A DNA stretch of 64,000 nucleotides, taken from contig CAXXSV010000001.1 in the NCBI GenBank assembly GCA_963666595.2, positions 261,040 to 325,039 of the forward strand. The letters run 5' to 3'. The number at the start of each line of letters is the position of its first letter. The stretch's first letter is position 1. Of the stretch, positions 49,113 through 57,643 are shown piece after piece. The DNA comes from Opitutales bacterium (GTDB lineage: Bacteria > Verrucomicrobiota > Verrucomicrobiia > Opitutales > CAXXNP01). Position numbers and translations under genes: made by a program. The notes beneath the pieces are model-generated. The model was not told the DNA's origin, ran no database searches, and was given only the letters and a program-made list of their open reading frames with translations.

Positions 49113-50063
49113 GTGGAAGAGGCGACTATGACGAAAATGATGCTCCTTAACCCATCCAGCCGTCTTGCCTTCGTGCTGGGTTTGTGCATACTCGCTTCGG
49201 CAGGCGTGGCAAACGCCAAAACAAGTCGGCAGGGATTCTACGCCGGCATCGAGTTGGGGTTTGCAAATGCCGAAGACATGGGGTCCGTGCTGACCGCAGT
49301 CAATCATCCGACGAAATGCGACCAGCTTCTTAAAGACAGACCAGACCACAACGTGGTTCCACTCAGCGACCCGGACTGCACAAATAATACGGCTCAACCG
49401 ACCACCACCAACTCATTTGACCTGGGCGCCGGGTTCTTGGGCGGCGTCAGCGTAGGGTATGCGCTGGACAGGTTTCGCGTTGAATTCGAATATTTGAACC
49501 GGTCTCACGGAGGCGATTCCGCGCTTTGGAGGGTCCATGGTGAGAACGTTCCGCTGGTAGACAAGAATGACGAGGTGAGCACGCTCGACCCGCCCTCGGA
49601 ACGGATATCGGACTTCAGTGCTCATCAATTCTCCGTGAACGCCTACTACGACTTTCTGAACGACTCGCGCTGGACTCCTTATGTGGGCGCGGGCGTCGGT
49701 TGGGCCCGCACCAGTCTGGACTACGAGGCCCGCTTTTTGCGTAAGACGATCGCTCAAGGCTACCCGGCTGGTAAACCACCGGCTGCCGCCGGTACGCTAA
49801 GCCTTCTGAATACCGAGTTCACCGACACGCTCTTCGGCTTCCAATTCCTGGGTGGCCTCGATTACGCGCTGACGGAAAAGGTATCAATCGGCATGAAAGC
49901 ACGCTGGGCTTCTTTCCAGGATCTTGAAGGCGACACCGTGTGGGACCTCATCAGAAGTCACAGACCGGTCCGGGCTGACGGGGAAACTCCATTCGACAGC
50001 ACGCTGACGTTCAGCGACATCCAATACTGGGCGCTCAGCTTCGTGCTGAAGTACTCCTTTTGA
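49113..50063 (+). CDS. Outer-membrane beta-barrel protein (paralog 2)
   Basis: 316 aa with a signal peptide ...LCILASAGVANA and a C-terminal ...VLKYSF. It is paralogous to the ORF at 47363. Confidence 0.72.
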   Translation: MEEATMTKMMLLNPSSRLAFVLGLCILASAGVANAKTSRQGFYAGIELGFANAEDMGSVLTAVNHPTKCDQLLKDRPDHNVVPLSDPDCTNNTAQPTTTNSFDLGAGFLGGVSVGYALDRFRVEFEYLNRSHGGDSALWRVHGENVPLVDKNDEVSTLDPPSERISDFSAHQFSVNAYYDFLNDSRWTPYVGAGVGWARTSLDYEARFLRKTIAQGYPAGKPPAAAGTLSLLNTEFTDTLFGFQFLGGLDYALTEKVSIGMKARWASFQDLEGDTVWDLIRSHRPVRADGETPFDSTLTFSDIQYWALSFVLKYSF

Positions 50064-50155
50064 CCCTGACGCTTGGCTGCGCTTGTAACCGTAACGGATA
50101 TGCCAAATGTGGGGCCTTGACACCTCCGAACATTTTTCCTAGGTTTCGTCGGGAG

Positions 50156-50446
50156 ATGGCATCGACGATCAAACGCTTCGCTTCCTCACTGTGTATTCTC
50201 CTGACCCTGACGGTTCTGCTGGTCCCGGTTCAAAGTTTTGGTTACCAAAACGAGGTGGACTGGATGTGGAACGACACGAAACCTACGTCCAAAGCGGAAC
50301 CTGTCAACGACTTTGAGACACTGTCTCGTCCTAGCATGACCCCATTCGAAAAGCCTTTCGAGCGGACGGTTTCAGGTTTTCCGCCACAGGCGGACCAGCC
50401 TATGGCTGGCAGGCGTCGGGTTTCAGGCTGCCGACGCTGCCGATGA
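50156..50446 (+). CDS. Hypothetical small secreted protein (possibly 3-prime disrupted)
   Basis: The ATG at 50156 is preceded by GGGAG. A signal-like SSLCILLTLTVLLVPVQSFG is present. The Arg/Cys-rich tail just before the transposase gene looks non-native. Confidence 0.3.
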   Translation: MASTIKRFASSLCILLTLTVLLVPVQSFGYQNEVDWMWNDTKPTSKAEPVNDFETLSRPSMTPFEKPFERTVSGFPPQADQPMAGRRRVSGCRRCR

Positions 50447-50560
50447 GCAGGTATTGAGCGGCCATCGGCGTGGCTTGCTGCACAATACGCATATTTGCCG
50501 CTGTTTGGAGGCATACTCATCCCGTGGTGCTTTTTTCTCCGAGCTGCAAAGCGGTCAGAT

Positions 50561-52111
50561 TCAGGCCGCCTGTTCCAGTTCCTCCCGTCGTCGTTTCTTC
50601 ATCAGTATGATGCGGCAGCAGTTGTAGGCCAGAACCTTCTCGAGCAGTTAATCGCCTACCGCATCGATGCCGCGGCGGCCGAGTTCGCCAAAGGCAAATC
50701 CATCTTTAATCGTGAACATCAGCGACTCCACTGCGGAGCGATTGCGGCGTGCCTCGCGATACGCCTCGCTCTCCCAGTCCTCGGGGGTGGTCAACTTCTT
50801 GCCCTTCGCCCCACTGATACTGATCTGCTTTACCCCCATGCCCAGCACCTCCTTGCGCCCCTTCGCCGAAGCATATCCGTCATCGGTGCTGATCAGTTCA
50901 GCAATGACACCGGTGCGCTTGATCGAATCGCCGATGGCCGGCGCCAGCTCAATGGAGTCTGCCGCATTGCCTTGCGGTACGATCAGGCTGGTGACAAAAC
51001 CGTTTTCGCTGCGAACCAGTTGTGGCTTGTACCCGATGACTGGATTGCGGCTGCCCTTCTTGATGTAGGCCGCCGATCCGTCCGACAGGCTCAGGACCTT
51101 CTGCGTGGACGGTAGCTTCTTTTCGTGAAACACCCGATCATGAGCATACTCAACAACCCGCTTGGCGTCGGCAATATCGCGCCTGATCTGGCTCAATACC
51201 CGCTTCAGAAGCTCCCGGCGAGTGGGAGGCAGTGAATCCATCGACAGGCCCTCTTCAAGATGGCTCAGTTCCCCCGTTAGTGAGTCGGCCGCCTTGCGGC
51301 CCCGCTTGAGCAACCGCCGGTAGTGTTTCTTCAGCTTGCCCTTCGACTTCGGTTTGCCCGCGGCCAGACAAATCTGAAACTCCAGCTTGTCCATCTCCTG
51401 CAGCCAACGCCCAACCCATCCCTTGCGAAAATCCTCCAGCCCGAATATATGCAACTTCTGACCCAAACGATTGGCCCGCATCAAAAGACCGGTCAGAATC
51501 TTCCCATCGGTGGGCCAGCAGCTGTTTGCTTTCACCGAGGTGCTGTCGATCGTCAGCTTCCCGAAATCGTCCCATTGCTCCTGGAGGATAAACCCAATCT
51601 GTTTATCAAAGATCAGCTCGCGGGTCCTATGGCTGACCAGGTTCACGTTCTCCAGAATCGTCGTCACCGCCGGCATCCTCAGTCCCCGCCTCTGAAGAAA
51701 TCCGTACAAGCTCATCGACTCGCGCAGAAACCGCCGTGCCGGTTTCGTGGTCAACGAACCGAGAAACCCACGAATCATCACGAACACGTATACCGCATAA
51801 GCCGGCATCCGCGGCCGGCCTACCGCAAGATTCAATTCAGCAGCCAGAATATTCTCCTCCTCGATGTCCAGCTCCGGCAGCTCCGCTGTGCGCCCTTCAA
51901 AGAACCTTCGATCTTCCAATCGAAGTTTCTTCTTCTCACGCGCATGGGCGTCCAGATCCTTCTCGATCGCCTCGATGATTTGCGCCGCGAACCCGGCCAA
52001 TTCTTCAACTTCATCCAGAAAATCACGAAAATCCGTGTCTGGAACCGGCAGAATGAGGTTGCTAAGGGCCGTCTTATCGCTTTTGTTCTCCTCTGTCGCA
52101 CATGTTGGCAT
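50561..52111 (-). mobile_element. IS4/IS5-superfamily DDE transposase gene (ISNCY/IS5-like) with an in-frame TAA 28 codons before the apparent original stop
   Basis: The ATG at 52111 is preceded by AAGGAG. The DDE context is TIDSTSVKANSCWPTDG, LISTDDGYASAKG and RSAVESLMFTIK. The ORF stops at TAA 50648-50650. The same frame then reads LLEKVLAYNCCRIILMKKRRREELEQAA up to TGA 50561-50563. The ends of the element are not resolved. Confidence 0.75.
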
Positions 52112-52230
52112 GTTTAACTCCTTTCTTAATCTTAAGTTGTTAAACACTAGTATGTTGCGACACTTTTTATCAAGCCGAAAAACTGATTTTTCTCAAGTTT
52201 TTCTTGCGCCTTTTGCGCCTCTTTGCGGCA

Positions 52231-52549
52231 AATCAGTAGCTTTTCGGATAAGACCAAGCTAGGGGCGCGCCACGGGCAGCCATCCCTGCACCGGCGTGCC
52301 CAACCGGATAGCGCCCCGCGTCTTCAGCGATGCGGCTTGCGATACGGTTGGCGGCGGCCTTGAGGGAACCGTAGGCGAGGTGGGTGTAGCGGCGGCGGTC
52401 TGCACCTTGTTGTGCCGGAGCAGGTTTCCAATCATGGGCAGCGCCTCGCCGACCGGAAACCCGTTTCCGGCATAGCTATGTCCGCAGGTCATGAATGCGA
52501 TACCAAGGCTCATGAAGAGAGGCGTGCCGCGCTTGAAGTCGGGCATCAC
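52231..52549 (-). pseudogene. Tyrosine recombinase (phage-type integrase), degraded C-terminal remnant
   Basis: Track ORF 52259..52549: ...GHSYAGNGFPVGEALPMIGNLLRHNKVQTAA, then out of frame. A 1-nt shift restores RYTHLAYGSLKAAANRIASRIAED, the box II LLGH..VQTT.RYxHL pattern with the catalytic Tyr. No N-terminal two-thirds is present. Confidence 0.55.
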
Positions 52550-52594
52550 CCGGGGCTTTTGCCTACCTAAAGCGCGACACGGCGCTGAAGCTCC

Positions 52595-55141
52595 TCAAAA
52601 ACTGTAGCCGAGCTTTCCGTACCAGAAGGCGCCATCAAACCCAAAGGGGCAGAACTGGCCGTACTTGTTTCCGGTAGTCGCGGCGGATGTCGGATTTTCG
52701 TCAGGGTAATTGTCGAAGACGTTCTGACCGCCCGCCGTTAAGGTGATTCGATCCGTAAGGGAGTAGTTGACTTCGAAATCAACGAGGAATTCGTCTCCGT
52801 AGGTTTGACTGTCCTCGGAATCATGCCAGGAACTATAGTAACGGCCGCGGCCCAGCAGATTCCAGTGATCCAGCATGGGCTGCGTCAGGGTTATGGTCGC
52901 CCGATGCCTGGGAAGACCTTCCTGCAATTCCCGGATGCGGACGTCGTTTATCGTCTCGGGGCTGAATTGGGTGACTTCCGTTTCCGTGTAGTTATAACCG
53001 AGGCTCAGTTCACCCTCCCGCACTCCAGTCGACAGAACGACATCGATGCCGCGGGTTTCCGTGTCAAAGTCATTGATGAAAAAGACGTACTCCACCAGAT
53101 TGGAGGCGTCGGTGATGCCCGCAGCGATCAATTGCTCGCGCTCTGTATCCGTCAACACGAAGTCCTGTGAGAGCGACATTCGGTCATTCACGTCGATTGC
53201 GAAATAATCGACCGTGATTACCGTATTACCCATATCGGCAACGAAGCCGATACTGAAGTTGGTCGATTTTTCAGGCTTGAGCGGCTCGCCGCCCCTCAGC
53301 ACCGCAGCGGGATTGGTGGAAGGAATCACGCCCCTGGTGATCAGATCCATCCGGTCCGCTTGGAATTCAGTGGTTACGTTGAAGGCGTTTTGCTGACCGG
53401 GAGTGGGGGCCCGGAAACCGGTGTTGAAGCTCCCGCGCACCTTCAGATTCTCGTTGATGCCGTAGGTGGTCGCCAGCTTGTAGTTGATTGTGCCTCCGAA
53501 ATCATTGAATTCTTCATAGCGCAAAGCGGCGGCAACCAACCAGTCGTCGGTCAGCTCGTATTCCGCGTCCACGTAGACGGCATAGTTGGAGCGGTCCCAT
53601 ATACCGGCGGCGATATCACCGAAACCCGAAAAACCATTGGAAGCGCCGGTGAATCCCTGCTGTGCCAGAGGCTGGCCGATCGCATATGACTCGGGTTGCC
53701 CCCTCACGATTTCAAACTCCTCGACTCGGTATTCGAAGCCACCGGCGAGGAACAACTGCTCGCTTAGCGGATAGGTCACGCCAAAGTTGAGGTTGATTTC
53801 GGTCTGAATATAATCACCGGGATCGAAATAAGTCGGAGTATCGGGGCCGAGAGAGGCGTTGACGGTATTGAAGATAAAGAAATCAGCGTGATGACGCCCG
53901 TAAGCAGCGTTGAAATCCAAGCCGAGTTTCGATCCGGTTGTTCTCACCCCGGCGACAATGGATTGGTCCTTCGTGTACGCGCCAAAGCGGGGCGTGAAAC
54001 CGCCGGGGAAGAGTTCCTGAAAGGTGAACAGATTGGGATCGTCGAACACCTGTTGCAAAGCGACGGGGTCCGGCACATGGTTAGTTATCGTTACCACAGG
54101 GACCTTGGACTCATCGCCATCCAAAGCGCCCACCAGCAACGTTTTTCCGGCGTCATTACTGAATACGCCGCGTCGCGTATTGGGATTGCGGTAATAGAAC
54201 CCGCCCTCCACTTCCTTGCTCGCGTAGTTGGCATGACCGTAGAACTCGAGGTTCCCGCCTATGGCGGCGCCGTAATTGGCAAACAATTTGAGATCGTCCC
54301 GAACGAAGGGTTGACCCCAGATTTGAGCGGGATTCGCCACCTCGCTGTTTCCCACCGCGATCAGAGCAGCGGCGTCATCTCGCTGCACGGAGCGGATGGT
54401 CTCACCCGAGTTGCCGTACTCCCCGCTGAGATTGATCCAGGCCTTTTCGCTGCCCAAGCCGATATTGCCGGCGATGGACACTGTTTCGCCGTCACCGGCC
54501 TGGTAAATCCCCGTTTGAACGATGAGAGACCCTCCTTCGTAACTGTCGTTGAGCTCGAAGTTCAACACCCCCGCAATGGCATCGGAACCGTACTGCGCCG
54601 AAGCTCCGTCGCGCAGCACTTCAATCCGCTTCAGAGCGAGCGCGGGAATGGGGGCTACATCGGGCCCCTGTGCGCCATCGGCGACACCGTTGCCCAACCA
54701 GTGAATCACGGACGCGCGGTGGCGACGCTTGCCGTTGATGAGCACCAGCGTATGGTCCGGCGGCAGCCCGCGTATATTGAGCGGCCGAACGATCGTCGAG
54801 GAGTCGCTGATCGGCTGGGTATTGACGTTGTAAGAGGGGATGATGTTCCTCAATAGATCCTGTAAATCAGTGAAGCCTTGCATGGTGAGGGATTCGCCGG
54901 CGAATATATCGACGGGCACCGCTGAATCAACCACCGAACGCGGCTCCGCGCGCGAACCGATGATAACCAGTTCTTCGAGGACGATAACCAGTTCTTCGAG
55001 GACCTGCAGATTCTCGGAGTCGTCCCGGGGCTCGGACGGGGCTGGGGTCGAGTGAACGCTTTCGGGCTGCAGCACCTCCTGCGCGAAGGCATTTAAAGGA
55101 AGCAATGCAAGTATGGTAAGAGTAATTGTAGAATGTCTCAT
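52595..55141 (-). CDS. TonB-dependent receptor
   Basis: Track ORF 52595..55177; the ATG at 55141 gives MRHSTITLTILALLPLNAFAQE (signal). A TonB-box-like LEELVIIGSR, a plug (NIRGLPPDHTLVLINGKR) and a long beta-barrel ending ...GKLGYSF are present. Confidence 0.9.
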   Translation of the reverse strand: MRHSTITLTILALLPLNAFAQEVLQPESVHSTPAPSEPRDDSENLQVLEELVIVLEELVIIGSRAEPRSVVDSAVPVDIFAGESLTMQGFTDLQDLLRNIIPSYNVNTQPISDSSTIVRPLNIRGLPPDHTLVLINGKRRHRASVIHWLGNGVADGAQGPDVAPIPALALKRIEVLRDGASAQYGSDAIAGVLNFELNDSYEGGSLIVQTGIYQAGDGETVSIAGNIGLGSEKAWINLSGEYGNSGETIRSVQRDDAAALIAVGNSEVANPAQIWGQPFVRDDLKLFANYGAAIGGNLEFYGHANYASKEVEGGFYYRNPNTRRGVFSNDAGKTLLVGALDGDESKVPVVTITNHVPDPVALQQVFDDPNLFTFQELFPGGFTPRFGAYTKDQSIVAGVRTTGSKLGLDFNAAYGRHHADFFIFNTVNASLGPDTPTYFDPGDYIQTEINLNFGVTYPLSEQLFLAGGFEYRVEEFEIVRGQPESYAIGQPLAQQGFTGASNGFSGFGDIAAGIWDRSNYAVYVDAEYELTDDWLVAAALRYEEFNDFGGTINYKLATTYGINENLKVRGSFNTGFRAPTPGQQNAFNVTTEFQADRMDLITRGVIPSTNPAAVLRGGEPLKPEKSTNFSIGFVADMGNTVITVDYFAIDVNDRMSLSQDFVLTDTEREQLIAAGITDASNLVEYVFFINDFDTETRGIDVVLSTGVREGELSLGYNYTETEVTQFSPETINDVRIRELQEGLPRHRATITLTQPMLDHWNLLGRGRYYSSWHDSEDSQTYGDEFLVDFEVNYSLTDRITLTAGGQNVFDNYPDENPTSAATTGNKYGQFCPFGFDGAFWYGKLGYSF
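54962..55003 (-). repeat. Perfect 21-bp tandem duplication inside the receptor gene (duplicates VLEELVI)
   Basis: GATAACCAGTTCTTCGAGGAC occurs twice back to back (54962-54982 and 54983-55003). The protein therefore reads ...LQVLEELVIVLEELVIIGSRA... Confidence 0.9.
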
Positions 55142-55227
55142 TGGTATCTGAATATGACCATTACACCACTCAACCAACTCGATGTCAAGTCCGGATTTTC
55201 CTGTAAGGGTCTACTGCCAGGGTAAAA

Positions 55228-55587
55228 GGATTCTAGGTTCCTCGACGTTTTCAGTGGTACTGGCACAATATCCTTTACTGAGAAGACGCAACCTGAGTAC
55301 CTATTTCGAACGTTATTACCGCAATGTGTAAGCATCATGGCGAGGCTTCCTTAAACCCATGGGCCAACATAATCGAAAATCACCAAGAGGAAACCCTCGC
55401 CCACTGGGAATCGCACTTCACCAATACCTGCATTAAAGAACTCAACAGTGTCTTTAGCGCAACCAAACGCAAAGCCAGAGGCCATCACACCACTAAAGAA
55501 GCTAATCACCATGCTCCACTTCGCCGTCGGTAAACTCAACATCCCCTCCGCAATGTACCACTGAAAACGTCGAGGAACCGGATTCTA
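55228..55587 (+). mobile_element. ISL3-derived deletion element (MITE-like, 344 bp at 55236-55579) with 25-bp perfect TIRs and an 8-bp target-site duplication
   Basis: IRL is GGTTCCTCGACGTTTTCAGTGGTAC (55236-55260). IRR is GTACCACTGAAAACGTCGAGGAACC (55555-55579). The direct repeat GGATTCTA lies at 55228-55235 and 55580-55587. Inside is only the last ~70 codons of an ISL3-type transposase (HWESHFTN.IKELNSVFSATKRKARG..., then after a 1-nt frameshift MLHFAVGKLNIPSAMYH*), and its stop lies inside IRR. Confidence 0.85.
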
Positions 55588-55664
55588 AGACGCAACTAGC
55601 TGATAAGCAAAAAGATAAAAAAGGAGCTAGACAATCCCGAATAAATCAGTCATGTTAAGATGGT

Positions 55665-57519
55665 ATGAAAGACAAAAAATCTTACCAGCTGAATCCTTCG
55701 ATCGATCGTCTAACTCTGCGTCTGATCTTGCCCGAAGAGCAGGAGCGATGCAACGATCTTTTGAGGCAACATCATTATTTGCACAGTGCGGGCAGCGCGG
55801 GAGAGACCCTGCGCTATGTGGCACAGATCGACGGGCAATGGGTGGGCCTGCTGTTGTGGGGGGCGGCATCCTACCGGCTGAAGGATCGAGACGAATGGAT
55901 CGGGTGGGACGGGGCGCAACGGCATGCACGATTGAAACTGGTGGTGCAGAACCGGCGTTTTTTGATTCTGCCCGGGGTGGATCTTGCAAATTTGGCCTCC
56001 AAGACGTTGGGCATGTCCCTGAGAGTCTTAGCCGATGATTGGCAGAAGGCCTTTGGCTATCGTCCCTTAGTGGCGGAAACATTCGTCGACCCACAGCTTC
56101 ACCGGGGCACTTGCTACCATGCGAGCGGGTGGACCCCTTTGGGCTTGAGCGCGGGATATGGTCGCCAACGCGAGGGTTTTTATCAACGCCATGAGCGCCC
56201 CAAGCAGATCTGGGTCAAACCCCTCCAAGCCAATGCCCTTGAGCTGTTGCGCGCTAAAGGGCCCTTGCCCGCGGCACAAACCCAGGCGCTCAATGAAAAC
56301 GATAACTCCCATGCGGTCTGCCTCAAAGTGGACCAGATGAGCAGTCTGTGGGAACGCTTCAATCAGATAGAAGACTTCCGTAGGAAGGCGGGCCGTCGCT
56401 ATCGGCTCGCCACGGTCTTGAGCATGATTATGCTCGGCACGATGTGTGGCAAACAAAACCTCAAGGGTATTGTGCGTTTGGCCCATCATCTCAATCAAGC
56501 CCAGTTGCGTGCCTTACGCTCCTGGAAAAACCCCAAAACAGGCCGCTATAAGGCCCCTTGCTATGATGTCTTCTACCGGGTGCTCCAAAACGTAAAGGCC
56601 GAGCTTTTCGATAAAATCCTCACCGAATTCATCTGCTTGCAAGAGGGCCGTTTGCCCCGCGATATTGCCGTCGACGGCAAGACCCTCAAAGGCACCAACA
56701 CTGAAGCATCAAAGGCCCTGCACCTGGTGGCCGCGGTCGATCATCAAAGCGCTCAAACCTTAGCCCAGGTCGCTACCGCCGATAAATCCAACGAGATCAC
56801 CGCCGCCCAGACTCTCTTGCAAAAGATGCCTGTGATGGACGGCTCTACCTTCACCTTCGACGCCCTGCATAATCAAAAAGAAACCGCCCACATCGTGGTC
56901 GAAGAACTCAGCGCTGACTATGTTATTCAAATCAAAGACAACCAACCCAAGATGCCAAGATGCATCAATACTCTCAGAATCTCTTCAACTCCACCCCCTT
57001 TTTCTCCACGAAACCGTGGACAATGACCATGGGCGACTCGAAATACGTCAAATAGCAACCCATTCTCTAAGCGCTCCCTCTGCCGGCCTGCCCCATGCCC
57101 GCCAGTTCGCCTGTGTGCAACGCACCTTCCATTATCCAAACAAAGCTGAACCTTCCTCTGAACGCTCTTACTACATAAGCAGCCTTGATCCCGCCCATTT
57201 GAGCCCTCCACAGTTCCTGTCGAAAATCCGCAACCATTGGTCGATCGAAAATAAAAATCATTACCCCAGGGATCGCTTCTTCGATGAAGATCGATGTATG
57301 ATCCGTAACCATAACGCAGCCAGAATTCTTGCTGCATGCAGGCAACTGGTTCTCAGCCTCAAGTCTTCCTTGGCCGCTGAGAGAGCGTTTCAGGGTTATC
57401 CACAGTTCCCTGTGATTTGGGCCAGTTTTCCACGCCCAAACGTGTATACTCCGAACCTTGATCCTTCGACTACCCGTGTACACACCCATATAGTTGATAA
57501 CAAGCAGTCAGAACGATGA
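55665..57519 (+). mobile_element. DUF4338-ISAs1-family transposase gene, frameshifted (two overlapping ORFs)
   Basis: ORF 55665..57026 has an N-terminal DUF4338-like part (RYVAQIDGQWVGLLLWGAASYRLKDRDEWIGW, NRRFLILPG, AETFVDPQLHRGTCYHASGW). It continues into the ISAs1 N-domain (FRRKAGRRYRLATVLSMIML..., VDGKTLKG, FDALHNQKETA, VIQIKDNQPK). ORF 56920..57519, in another frame, carries HGRLEIR and IRNHWSIENKNHY. Confidence 0.8.
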
Positions 57520-57643
57520 GTCTGTGAATAAACTAACTAAAACGAAAACCCAGAACAAGAACCACAGAAGCGAAGGGGCTAACACCCCTCCGAGAGAGAA
57601 CTACCCTCCCCCCTCTGGCGGCTTATCCGTCAAAGGCCTTTCC

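Noticed and set aside
50493-50501. A 9-bp inverted match (ATTTGCCGC at 50493-50501, GCGGCAAAT at 52225-52233) as termini of the IS4/5-type element
   Set aside because: The match does not extend cleanly and no flanking direct repeat is evident. This is not enough to annotate element boundaries, so it is mentioned only as a lead.
53888-54856. 322-aa plus-strand ORF inside the TonB-dependent receptor gene
   Set aside because: It is antisense to a CDS with a clear plug and barrel signature. Its own translation is compositionally odd and has no start context, so it is a shadow ORF.
55665-56300. The DUF4338 domain might indicate a Druantia (DruA) anti-phage system
   Set aside because: The domain is fused in frame to an ISAs1 transposase. 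No DruB-E-like large genes (such as a DUF1998 helicase) are nearby. The context is a dead insertion sequence, not a defence operon.
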